A stretch of 64,000 bases of DNA from Betaproteobacteria bacterium (lineage in GTDB: Bacteria; Pseudomonadota; Gammaproteobacteria; Burkholderiales; SG8-39). The position numbers were made by a program, and so were the translations under genes. Of the stretch, positions 31,427 to 40,110 are shown piece by piece. Position 1 is the first letter of the stretch. Every line of letters starts with the position of its first letter. Location of the stretch: the NCBI GenBank assembly GCA_009693335.1, contig SHXK01000001.1:1246-65245 (forward strand). Direction: 5' to 3'. Under the pieces are notes generated by a model that saw only the letters and a program-made list of their open reading frames with translations, did no database searches and was not told the DNA's origin.

Positions 31427-31463
31427 CCTTGAAATCTCGAATCATATATTCGATATTTCAAGG
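31427..31463. repeat. AT-rich near-perfect palindrome (16-bp arms, 5-nt centre)
   Basis: CCTTGAAATCTCGAAT-CATAT-ATTCGATATTTCAAGG, with 15 of 16 arm positions complementary. It fills most of the 56-bp gap between the LLM stop (31419) and the ATPase ATG (31476). Confidence 0.9.
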
Positions 31464-31475
31464 TACAATCTGGCC

Positions 31476-32633
31476 ATGGATCGCCCCCGCCATCTCGCTG
31501 CCGTCGAAAAGGCACTGCGCCGGGTGCCTGTGGTGGCTCTCCTCGGCCCACGGCAGATTGGCAAGACGACGCTCGCGCTGACGCTCGCGCGGCGCCACGG
31601 GCGCCCCGCAACCCGCTTCGACCTTGAGGATCCCGAGGACCTGCGCCAGCTGGCGGACGCCAAGCTCGCATTGAGCGGCCTGCGCGGCCTGGTCGTACTC
31701 GATGAAATCCAGCGCCGCCCCGAGCTGTTCCCGGTGCTGCGGGTGCTTGCCGACCGGCGGCCCGCGCCCGCCCGCTTCCTGGTTCTTGGCAGCGCCTCTC
31801 CAGAACTGCTCCGGCAAAGTTCCGAATCGCTGGCCGGCCGCATCCACTACCACGAACTGACGCCGTTCGGGCCTGATGAAACGGGCGCCGGGCGCGCGCA
31901 ACGCTTGTGGCAACGCGGCGGCTTTCCACGCGCCTTTCTCGCCCGCAGCGACGCCGAATGCGCGGCGTGGCGACGCGATTTCATACGCACTTATCTCGAG
32001 CGGGACGTGCCACAGCTCGGCCTACGGCTCGCTGCGGAGACCCTTTATCGCTTCTGGAGCATGCTGGCCCATTACCACGGGCAGATCTGGGGATCGAGCG
32101 AATTCGCCCGATCTTTCGGCATGAGCGACGTCACGGTGCGGCGCTACCTCGACCTGCTCAGCTCTCTGTTCCTCGTGCGCCAGCTAGCGCCGTGGCACGA
32201 GAACCTGGGCAAGAGGCTGGTGAAATCGCCCAAGGTCTACATCCGCGATACCGGTCTGCTGCACCAGCTTCTCGGCCTCGAAACACAGGCTGCGCTGCTG
32301 CGGCACCCGAAACTCGGCGCCTCATGGGAAGGCTACGCGCTCGCTGCCGTCGAAACTCGTCTCGGCGCGCGGCGCGGAGAATCCTTCTTCTACGCGACCC
32401 ACGGCGGCGCAGAACTCGATCTGCTCGTGGTACGCGGCCGCCGCAGACTGGGGTTCGAATTCAAGCGCACCGTGGCCCCCGAGCTCACCAAGTCCATGCG
32501 CATCGCGCTCGCCGACCTGCGCCTCGAGCGTCTCGACGTGATTCACGCCGGCGAACACAGCTTCCCGCTTGCCGAGCGGGTGCGAGCGGTACCACTCGCC
32601 CGCATCCTGCAGGACATCCGGCCCATTGACTGA
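31476..32633 (+). CDS. AAA-type ATPase with C-terminal DUF4143-like region (COG1373-type)
   Basis: Real start is MDRPRHLAAVEKAL (ATG at 31476) within the 517-aa track ORF. Walker A is LLGPRQIGKTT and Walker B is LVVLDEIQ. The C-terminal half resembles DUF4143 family proteins. Confidence 0.8.
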   Translation: MDRPRHLAAVEKALRRVPVVALLGPRQIGKTTLALTLARRHGRPATRFDLEDPEDLRQLADAKLALSGLRGLVVLDEIQRRPELFPVLRVLADRRPAPARFLVLGSASPELLRQSSESLAGRIHYHELTPFGPDETGAGRAQRLWQRGGFPRAFLARSDAECAAWRRDFIRTYLERDVPQLGLRLAAETLYRFWSMLAHYHGQIWGSSEFARSFGMSDVTVRRYLDLLSSLFLVRQLAPWHENLGKRLVKSPKVYIRDTGLLHQLLGLETQAALLRHPKLGASWEGYALAAVETRLGARRGESFFYATHGGAELDLLVVRGRRRLGFEFKRTVAPELTKSMRIALADLRLERLDVIHAGEHSFPLAERVRAVPLARILQDIRPID

Positions 32634-32651
32634 TATAAGGGAAACCAGACG

Positions 32652-33632
32652 ATGAAAACCGCAAAACTATGGGCTGCACGGCTCATCCTGGCTGGCACAG
32701 CATCCGTGCTGCTCACGCAGGGCGCGTACGCGCAGACCTATCCAACGAAACCGATCCGGCTGGTGATGCCCTACCCCCCGGGCGGCAGCTCCGACATACT
32801 GGCGCGGCCGATCGCCAACGAAATGTCGAAGAGCCTGGGCCAACCGGTCATGATCGAATACAAACCAGGTGCGGGCTCGACCATCGGCGCGGATTTCATC
32901 GCCAAGTCGGCGCCCGACGGCCATACGCTGGTGATGCTGCTGACTGCGCACGCCATCAACGCCACGCTGCTGACTAGCCTGCCCTACGACACGCTGAAGG
33001 ATTTCACTTCCATTACGCTGGCCGCCACGCTGCCGCTGGTGGTGGTGGTGAATGCCCAGTCAAAAATCCACAGCGTGCAAGAGCTGATCGCCGCCGCTAA
33101 AAACAATCCCGGCAAGCTGAACTATGGCTCGGCCGGCACCGGCAATACCAGCCACCTGGCGGTCGAATATTTCAAATCGGTGGTCGGCGTGGACATGGCG
33201 CACGTGCCCTACAAAGGCAGCGGGCCGATGGTTGCCGCGCTGCTGGGGCGCGAGATCGATCTCATGTTCGATAGCCTGTCTTCGTCCCTGGCACAGATCC
33301 AGGCCGGCAAGTTCCGCGCCCTGGGCGTATCGACGGCCAAACGCTCGCACGTAGCGCCGCAAGTGCCGACGATCCAGGAAGCGGGCCTGCCGGGCTTCGA
33401 CATCTCGGTCTGGTACGGGATTTTCGCTGCCGCCAACACGCCAGCGCCCATCGTGCAGAGATTGAACATGGAATTCATCAAGGCCATGGCCGCGCCCGAG
33501 GCCAAGCAGCGGATCGAAGACTACGGCTACCAGATCGTCGGCTCCACGCCCGCGCAGCTCGACGCCCACGTGAAGAGCGAGATCGCCCGCTGGGGCAAGG
33601 TGATCAGGGATTCGGGCGCCAAGGCGAACTGA
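32652..33632 (+). CDS. Bug/TctC family periplasmic solute-binding protein
   Basis: 326-aa ORF with a signal peptide (LTQGAYA), then YPTKPIRLVMPYPPGGSSD and YKPGAGSTIG motifs. Confidence 0.92.
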   Translation: MKTAKLWAARLILAGTASVLLTQGAYAQTYPTKPIRLVMPYPPGGSSDILARPIANEMSKSLGQPVMIEYKPGAGSTIGADFIAKSAPDGHTLVMLLTAHAINATLLTSLPYDTLKDFTSITLAATLPLVVVVNAQSKIHSVQELIAAAKNNPGKLNYGSAGTGNTSHLAVEYFKSVVGVDMAHVPYKGSGPMVAALLGREIDLMFDSLSSSLAQIQAGKFRALGVSTAKRSHVAPQVPTIQEAGLPGFDISVWYGIFAAANTPAPIVQRLNMEFIKAMAAPEAKQRIEDYGYQIVGSTPAQLDAHVKSEIARWGKVIRDSGAKAN

Positions 33633-33669
33633 TACAGCCGTAATTTCTGATTTTGATCGCGGTCAGCGA

Positions 33670-34320
33670 TCAGTCCTTCTCGTAGTTCTCCAGCAGATTG
33701 ACGATCTCCGCGTGGCCGCGCTCCCGCGCCACTGCGATCGGACGCTTGCCCGCGCGGTTGCGCTGCCGCGCATCCAGACCGAGCGCAAGGAAGACACTCA
33801 CCATTTCCACATAGCCGCCGTCTGCAGCCGCGTGCAGCAGCGTGTTGCCCTGCAAGTCTGCCACCTTCGGATCCGCGCCGCGCTCCAGTAAATGCCGCGC
33901 CGTCTGCGGATTGCCCGTCATCACCGCCCACTGCAGGATGGATTCGCCATCGTCGTTGCGCAGTTTCGGATCCGCCTTGGCCTCGAGCAGCAGATCCACG
34001 AACCAGGGGTCCACATGCAGCGCCGCCACATGCAGGGGGGTCTCGCTGTTCTTTGATCGCGCATTCACCGGCGCCCCGGCTTTCACCAGCATCGCCGCCA
34101 GCTCCTTCATCCCTTTCTCGATCGCCCGGTGTAGCGGCGTCTCCTGCTCCGCATTGCGCGCATCCAGTTTCACCCCGCCCCGCGTCACGATCCCCTCGGC
34201 CACCAGCGGCTTGTCCTCCTCGATCGCCTCGAATAGCCGCACCTCCGGCGCATCCGTCACCTGCGCGATCGCGCTTGCGGCGCCAAGAAAGAAAAGTAAG
34301 CAGGCGAGAAATAACCTCAT
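33670..34320 (-). CDS. Secreted ankyrin-repeat protein
   Basis: Real start is MRLFLACLLFFLGAASAIAQV (ATG at 34320) within the 410-aa track ORF. A signal peptide is followed by several ankyrin repeats (ETPLHRAIEKG, ETPLHVAA, NTLLHAAADGG). ATGA overlap with the upstream gene. Confidence 0.85.
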   Translation of the reverse strand: MRLFLACLLFFLGAASAIAQVTDAPEVRLFEAIEEDKPLVAEGIVTRGGVKLDARNAEQETPLHRAIEKGMKELAAMLVKAGAPVNARSKNSETPLHVAALHVDPWFVDLLLEAKADPKLRNDDGESILQWAVMTGNPQTARHLLERGADPKVADLQGNTLLHAAADGGYVEMVSVFLALGLDARQRNRAGKRPIAVARERGHAEIVNLLENYEKD

Positions 34321-37202
34321 GCAATGGCTCTCGCCAGCACCTCCGCCAGGTGTACGGTTTCTCGACCGGCCAGGTCTTCGATCTGCTCGCGGCAGGAAAA
34401 ACCATTGGCGATGATGAGCGTTTCCACCGTCGTGGCTTTCACTTTCGGCAGCAGTGAGAGCTTGGCGATCTGCACCGAGGTTTGGTAGGTCTGGGGGCGC
34501 ATACCGAAGGCGCCGGCCATGCCGCAGCAACCGGTTTCCGGAGCAGCGGTTTCGATGCCGGCGGCCTGGAGGAGCGCGAGATCCGGGCCGGTGCCGCCCA
34601 AGGCTTTCTGGTGGCAGTGGCCATGCAGCAGTGCCGTGCCACCGATCATCTGCTGCGGTTTCCAGCCGCGCGCCTCCAGGAATTCGGCAAAAGAGACCGT
34701 CTGCCTGGCGAGTTTTGCGGCGTACTCGTTGCCGGGCAGGAGCTTGACCATCTCGTCCCGAAATACCGAGTGACAGCCGGGCTCGAGGACCACCACCGGC
34801 GTCCCCGATTCGATCTGCGGCGCCAGCGCGGCGACGATTTTTTCCAGCGACGCCTTTGCCTGGTCGAGCATGCCGAAGTCGTAGTACGGCCTGCCGCAGC
34901 ACAGTTGTTGCGGCGGCAGACCGACGCGGGCGCCGGCGGCTTCCAGCACCCGCGCCGCGGCGAGCGCGCTCTGCGGCCGAAAATAGTTGCTGAAGGTGTC
35001 CGGGAAGAGGATCACCGCCTCGCCATGCCGCATGCCGCCCGCACTCGCGAGATTGCGCCGAGTGCGCTGCAGGGCGTCGAACTGCGCGCGAAAACTACGC
35101 GGCGCGAACCGGGGCAAGCGGCGTTGCGGCGCTATACCAGCAAATTTTTTGGCAAAACCCGAGAACCAGGGCAGGTCAGCCAGGGCATTCACCAACTTGG
35201 GCGCTTGCATCGCCAGCGGCGCCCACTCGCCGATACGCCCCATCGCCTGCGCTTGCAGTGGCCGCCTGTGCTGCTCGTAGTAGTGCGACAGGAACTCGGC
35301 CTTGTAGCTCGCCATGTCGGTGTGCGTCGGGCAATCGCTGCGGCAACCCTTGCAAGCAAGGCACATCTCCAGCGCTTCTTTCACCTCTTCGCTCTGCCAA
35401 CCGTCGGTGATCACCTCGCCACGCAGCATCTCGGCCAGCAGTCTGGCGCGTCCGCGGGTCGAAAAGCGTTCTTCCTTGGTGGCGCGGTAGCTCGGGCACA
35501 TGGTGCCGCCCTCGGCCGCGCGGCACTTGCCCATGCCGATGCAGCGTTCGGTGGCGCGCGCGTAGCCGTCGCCCTCGTTGCTGAGGAAGGTCATGCGCGT
35601 GCTCAGCGTCACTGGCTGGTAGGCCGGACCCTGGCGCAGATTCTCGTCCACGCGGTACACCTCGCCCAGCGCATCCACGAGTTTCCCCGGGTTCATGCGC
35701 CCCTGCGGATCCCAGATGCGCTTGAACTCACGGAAGGCCGCCATCAACTCGGGCCCGTACATGATGGGCAGAAACTCGGCACGCCCCTGGCCGTCGCCGT
35801 GCTCCCCCGAGAGCGAGCCGCCGTACGCCACCACCAGCCCGGCGGCTTCGCGCAGGAAGCTGCGCCAGTGGGCGATGCCTTGCGTCGTGCGCAGATCGAA
35901 GTTGATGCGGGCGTGGATGCAGCCGTCGCCGAAATGGCCGTAGAGCGAAGTGCGGTAGCCGTAGCGGTCCACCAGCTTCTGGAATTCGCGCAGGTAGTCG
36001 CCCAGGCGCAGCGGATCCACTGCCGCGTCTTCCCAGCCGACCACCGGATCGGGACCGTCCGTGGTCTTCAATTTGAGCGCCGTGGCCGAGGCGCCTGTTT
36101 CGCGTAGGGTCCAGATACGGCTCATGAGGATTTTTTCTTCTATCAGGTCGCCCCCTAAAACCTTTTGCAGCAACCCGGCTTGCCGAATCGCCTGCGCTCG
36201 CGTATCCGCCCCAAACTCCACCATCAACCAGGCCTGGCCCGCGGGCAGCAGGGCGATGTCGGCCAACTTCAAGCCGCGCTCTCGCAGGCCGCCGATGATG
36301 CCGGTATCGAGGCCTTCGCAGGCGATCGGCCCCGCGGCGAGCACTTGCGGCACCGCATCGCCGGCAAGATAGATGTCGTCGAAGCCGATCACCAGCAGCA
36401 CACGCTCACGCGGGCTGTGCACGAGGCGCGTCAAAGCCTGCAGCGTGAGCGCGCAAGTACCCTCCGAGCCGACCAGCGCGCGTGCGACATTAAAACCGTT
36501 CTCCGGCAGCAACTGGTCTAGGTTGTAGCCCGAGACACGGCGCTTGATTTTCGGGAAGCGGCCACGGATCAGATCTGCGTAGCGGTCGCGCAACGAGCGC
36601 AGCTTTTCGTAGATCTCGCCTTGCCGACCGCCGCGCCGGATGATGGCGTCGAGTTCGGCCTCGGAGGTCGGCCCGCACCAGAAGCGCGCGCCGTCATAGG
36701 TCAGCACCTCCAGCGCCTCGATGTTCTCGACCGTCTTGCCGGCCATCACCGAGTGCGCGCCGCAGGAATTGTTGCCGATCATGCCGCCCACGGTGCAACG
36801 CGAATGGGTGGCCGGGTCCGGGCCGAAGGTCAGCCCGTGTTTTTCCGCCGCGCCACGCAGCGCATCGCAGACGACGCCGGGTTCGACGCGCGCCAGGCGC
36901 GCGCTCACGTCCAACTCGAGCACCCGATCAAGGTACTTCGAAGTGTCGATCACCACCGCGACATTCACCGTCTGGCCGCACAACGAGGTGCCACCGCCGC
37001 GTGCAAGGATGGGCGCGCCGTGCTCGCGGCAGGCGGCGACCGTGGCGATGATGTCCTCGCTCGAGCGCGGCAACACCACGCCGATCGGCACCTGGCGGTA
37101 ATTGGACGCATCCGACGCATACGCGGCGCGCGCGCCGTTGTCGAAGCGCACTTCGCCTTCGAGCGCCAGCTTGAGCGCCGCTTCCAGAGCTGCGTGGTTC
37201 AC
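34317..37202 (-). CDS. FAD-binding oxidase fused to Fe-S (GlcF/CCG-like) domain, YdiJ/D-2-hydroxyacid dehydrogenase-like
   Basis: 961-aa ORF. The N-terminal FAD PCMH domain carries ARGGGTSLCGQ. The central region has Cys clusters CIGMGKCR..CPS and CLACKGCRSDCP. The C-terminal region has CCG-type repeats (CCGRPYY, CCGMAG). Confidence 0.88.
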   Translation of the reverse strand: MNHAALEAALKLALEGEVRFDNGARAAYASDASNYRQVPIGVVLPRSSEDIIATVAACREHGAPILARGGGTSLCGQTVNVAVVIDTSKYLDRVLELDVSARLARVEPGVVCDALRGAAEKHGLTFGPDPATHSRCTVGGMIGNNSCGAHSVMAGKTVENIEALEVLTYDGARFWCGPTSEAELDAIIRRGGRQGEIYEKLRSLRDRYADLIRGRFPKIKRRVSGYNLDQLLPENGFNVARALVGSEGTCALTLQALTRLVHSPRERVLLVIGFDDIYLAGDAVPQVLAAGPIACEGLDTGIIGGLRERGLKLADIALLPAGQAWLMVEFGADTRAQAIRQAGLLQKVLGGDLIEEKILMSRIWTLRETGASATALKLKTTDGPDPVVGWEDAAVDPLRLGDYLREFQKLVDRYGYRTSLYGHFGDGCIHARINFDLRTTQGIAHWRSFLREAAGLVVAYGGSLSGEHGDGQGRAEFLPIMYGPELMAAFREFKRIWDPQGRMNPGKLVDALGEVYRVDENLRQGPAYQPVTLSTRMTFLSNEGDGYARATERCIGMGKCRAAEGGTMCPSYRATKEERFSTRGRARLLAEMLRGEVITDGWQSEEVKEALEMCLACKGCRSDCPTHTDMASYKAEFLSHYYEQHRRPLQAQAMGRIGEWAPLAMQAPKLVNALADLPWFSGFAKKFAGIAPQRRLPRFAPRSFRAQFDALQRTRRNLASAGGMRHGEAVILFPDTFSNYFRPQSALAAARVLEAAGARVGLPPQQLCCGRPYYDFGMLDQAKASLEKIVAALAPQIESGTPVVVLEPGCHSVFRDEMVKLLPGNEYAAKLARQTVSFAEFLEARGWKPQQMIGGTALLHGHCHQKALGGTGPDLALLQAAGIETAAPETGCCGMAGAFGMRPQTYQTSVQIAKLSLLPKVKATTVETLIIANGFSCREQIEDLAGRETVHLAEVLARAIA

Positions 37203-37280
37203 GCCGCGAGTGTAGCCGGATCAACCGATTCGAGCAGCCGCCGCCGCGCGCGGGCCCGACGACCCAGTTAGAATGCAGGC

Positions 37281-38195
37281 ATGGATGAAGCTTGGCGCGC
37301 AGTGTTGCGCCTGCTTGCCGGGTTCGGCGCCACTCTCGCTCTTGGTTCCGCAGCCGCTCAAACACCAAAAATAATGACTCGCAAAATTCCCGCTACAGGT
37401 GAAGACCTTCCCGCCATCGGCCTCGGCACCTGGCAGGTGTTCGATGTCGGCAACGACCCGGCCGCACGTACCCCGCTGCGCAAGGTGATCGCCGGGTTCG
37501 CCAAGGCCGGCGGCAAGATGATCGACTCCTCGCCGATGTACGGCAGCGCCGAATCGGTGGCGGGCGACCTGGTCGCCGAACTCGGCCTGCGCGACCAGAC
37601 CTTCATCGCCACCAAGGTCTGGACCCGCGGCCGCGAGGACGGGATCAAACAGATGGCGACTTCATTTCGCCGCCTCAAAGTCCAGCAGATGGATTTGATG
37701 CAGATTCACAATCTGCTCGATGTCGCGATCCACACGCCAACCATCAATGACATGAAAGCGCAAGGCCGGGTTCGCTATACCGGCATCACCCATCACACCT
37801 CCTCCGCCTACGCCGAAGTGGAAAAGTGGCTAAAGGCGGAGCAGTACGATTTCCTGCAGATCAACTACTCCCTGGCCGAACGCGAGTCGGAACAGCGTTT
37901 GCTCGCGCTATGCAGGGATAAGAACATCGCGGTGATTGCCAACCGGCCGTTTGCCGAAGGCGCGATGTTTCGCCGCGTGCGCGGCAAACCGCTGCCGCCG
38001 TGGGCGGCCGAGATCGGCGCCGCCAGCTGGGCGCAGTACTTCCTGAAATGGATCGTCAGCCACCCGGCCATCACCTGTGCCATTCCCGGCACCGCCAAGC
38101 CGGAGCACATTGCCGACAACGTCGCCGCCGGTTTCGGCGCGCTGCCCGACGCAGCGATGCGTAGACGTATGGCTGAACATTTTGATTCGCTATGA
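37281..38195 (+). CDS. Aldo/keto reductase family protein (possible N-terminal signal sequence)
   Basis: 304-aa ORF with [15 protein letters not shown] and a conserved C-terminal [10 protein letters not shown] segment. The first ~27 aa ([19 protein letters not shown]) look like an export signal. Confidence 0.85.
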   Translation: MDEAWRAVLRLLAGFGATLALGSAAAQTPKIMTRKIPATGEDLPAIGLGTWQVFDVGNDPAARTPLRKVIAGFAKAGGKMIDSSPMYGSAESVAGDLVAELGLRDQTFIATKVWTRGREDGIKQMATSFRRLKVQQMDLMQIHNLLDVAIHTPTINDMKAQGRVRYTGITHHTSSAYAEVEKWLKAEQYDFLQINYSLAERESEQRLLALCRDKNIAVIANRPFAEGAMFRRVRGKPLPPWAAEIGAASWAQYFLKWIVSHPAITCAIPGTAKPEHIADNVAAGFGALPDAAMRRRMAEHFDSL

Positions 38196-38205
38196 GGAGA
38201 TGGTG

Positions 38206-40110
38206 ATGAGCGTGAAAGAAACCCGGGGTTTCCAGGCGGAGGTCAAACAGCTGCTGCAGCTGATGATCCATTCGCTGTATTCGAACAAGGAGATCTTCCT
38301 GCGCGAGCTGGTGAGCAATGCTTCGGACGCCTGCGACCGGCTGCGCTTCGAGGCCATTGCCCAGCCGGAGCTGCTGACGGGGAGCGCCGATTTCGCGATC
38401 CACGTCGCGCTCGACGCCGCCGCGCGCACCATCACCCTCTCCGACAACGGCATCGGCATGAGCCGCGACGAGGCGGTGGCGCACCTGGGCACCATCGCCA
38501 AGAGCGGCACGCGGGAATTCTTCGCCGCGCTTACCGGCGACCAGCAGAAAGATGCCCAATTGATCGGCCAGTTCGGCGTCGGTTTCTACTCTGCTTTCAT
38601 CGTCGCCGAGCGCGTCAGCGTGCTGAGCCGCAGGGCGGGGCTGGGCGCTGACGAGGCGGTGCGCTGGGAAAGCGACGGTAGCGGCGAATACACCATCGAA
38701 GCGGCGACCCGCGCCACGCGAGGCACCGACGTGACCCTGCACCTCAAGGCGGGCGAGGACGAGTTCGCCTCGAGCAGCCGGGTGCGCGCGATCCTGCGCA
38801 AGTACTCGGACCACATCGCCACCCCGATCCGGATGCTGCAGGAAACCTGGGACCAGGGCAAACAGGCCATGGTCGCGGGCGCCGATGAAGAAACGGTCAA
38901 CCAGGCCACTGCCCTCTGGGCGCGGCCAAAGTCGGAGGTCACCGACGAGCAGTATCGCGAGTTCTACAAGCACGTCGCGCACGACTTCACGGATCCGCTC
39001 GCCTGGACCCACAACCGCGTCGAGGGCACGCAGGAATACATCCAGCTACTCTACCTCCCCTCACAGGCGCCGTTTGACCTGTGGGACCGCGACGCGCGGC
39101 GCGGCCTCAAGCTCTACGTGCGGCGCGTGTTTATCATGGACGACGCGGGCGAGCTGCTCGCGCGCTACCTGCGCTTCGTGCGCGGAGTGATTGATTCGAG
39201 CAACCTGCCACTTAACGTCTCGCGCGAACTCCTGCAGGAGTCGCGCGACGTGAGCGCGATCCGCGAAGGCGCTGCCAAACGGATCCTCGGCCTGCTGGAA
39301 GACCTGGCGGAAAACCGCAAAGACGATTACGCGAAATTCTGGGACGCCTTTGGTCAAGTCCTGAAAGAGGGCATCGGTGAGGACGCAGCGAACCGGGAGC
39401 GCATCGCCAAGCTGCTGCGCTTCGCTTCCACCAGCAGCGACATCCAGAACGTATCGCTGGCCGACTATCTGGCCCGCCTGAAGGATGGCCAAAAAGCGAT
39501 CTACTACGCCACCGCCGACAGCCTCGAGGCAGCGCGTAACAGCCCGCAGCTGGAGATCTTTCGCCAAAAAGGCATCGAAGTGCTGCTGCTCGCCGACCGC
39601 GTGGACGAGTGGATGCTGTCGTTCCTCACGGAGTTCGAGGGCAAGCCGCTCGCCTCGGTGGCCAAGGGCGACCTCGATCTGGGCGATCTCGCCGACGCCG
39701 GGGACAAAGAAACGCGCGAGCGCGTCGCCGAGGAATTCAAGGACCTGGTCACGCGCGTCAAAACGGCGCTCGGCGAGGCGGTAGCGGAGGTGCGCGTCAC
39801 CCTGCGGCTCACCGATTCGCCTGCCTGCGTGGTGGCGGAACGCGATGCGATGAGCCAGCATCTGCAGCGCCTGCTAAAGGGCGCGGGCCAGAAAGCACCG
39901 CCAGCCAAGCCTATCCTTGAACTCAATCCGCGCCACCCATTGATCGAGCGGCTGAAAACGGAATCCGACGATGGCCTGCAAGAATGGGCCCAACTGTTGC
40001 TAGATCAGGCGACGCTTGCCGAGGGTGGCCAGCTGGAGAACCCGGCCAGTTTCGTCAAGCGCATGAACCGGATGCTGGCGGCGACGAATCCAGGCACCAG
40101 GAACGAGTAA
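38206..40110 (+). CDS. htpG: Molecular chaperone HtpG (Hsp90)
   Basis: Start at [42 protein letters not shown] (ATG at 38206, GAGGAG 7 nt upstream). Carries the GHKL ATPase N-box. Confidence 0.95.
   Translation: MSVKETRGFQAEVKQLLQLMIHSLYSNKEIFLRELVSNASDACDRLRFEAIAQPELLTGSADFAIHVALDAAARTITLSDNGIGMSRDEAVAHLGTIAKSGTREFFAALTGDQQKDAQLIGQFGVGFYSAFIVAERVSVLSRRAGLGADEAVRWESDGSGEYTIEAATRATRGTDVTLHLKAGEDEFASSSRVRAILRKYSDHIATPIRMLQETWDQGKQAMVAGADEETVNQATALWARPKSEVTDEQYREFYKHVAHDFTDPLAWTHNRVEGTQEYIQLLYLPSQAPFDLWDRDARRGLKLYVRRVFIMDDAGELLARYLRFVRGVIDSSNLPLNVSRELLQESRDVSAIREGAAKRILGLLEDLAENRKDDYAKFWDAFGQVLKEGIGEDAANRERIAKLLRFASTSSDIQNVSLADYLARLKDGQKAIYYATADSLEAARNSPQLEIFRQKGIEVLLLADRVDEWMLSFLTEFEGKPLASVAKGDLDLGDLADAGDKETRERVAEEFKDLVTRVKTALGEAVAEVRVTLRLTDSPACVVAERDAMSQHLQRLLKGAGQKAPPAKPILELNPRHPLIERLKTESDDGLQEWAQLLLDQATLAEGGQLENPASFVKRMNRMLAATNPGTRNE

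Noticed and set aside
33654-33672. Hairpin TGATCGC-GGTCA-GCGATCA between the Bug gene and the ankyrin gene, considered as a bidirectional terminator.
   Set aside because: The stem is only 7 bp, no T/A tract lies on either side, and it overlaps the ankyrin stop codon. That is too weak to call.
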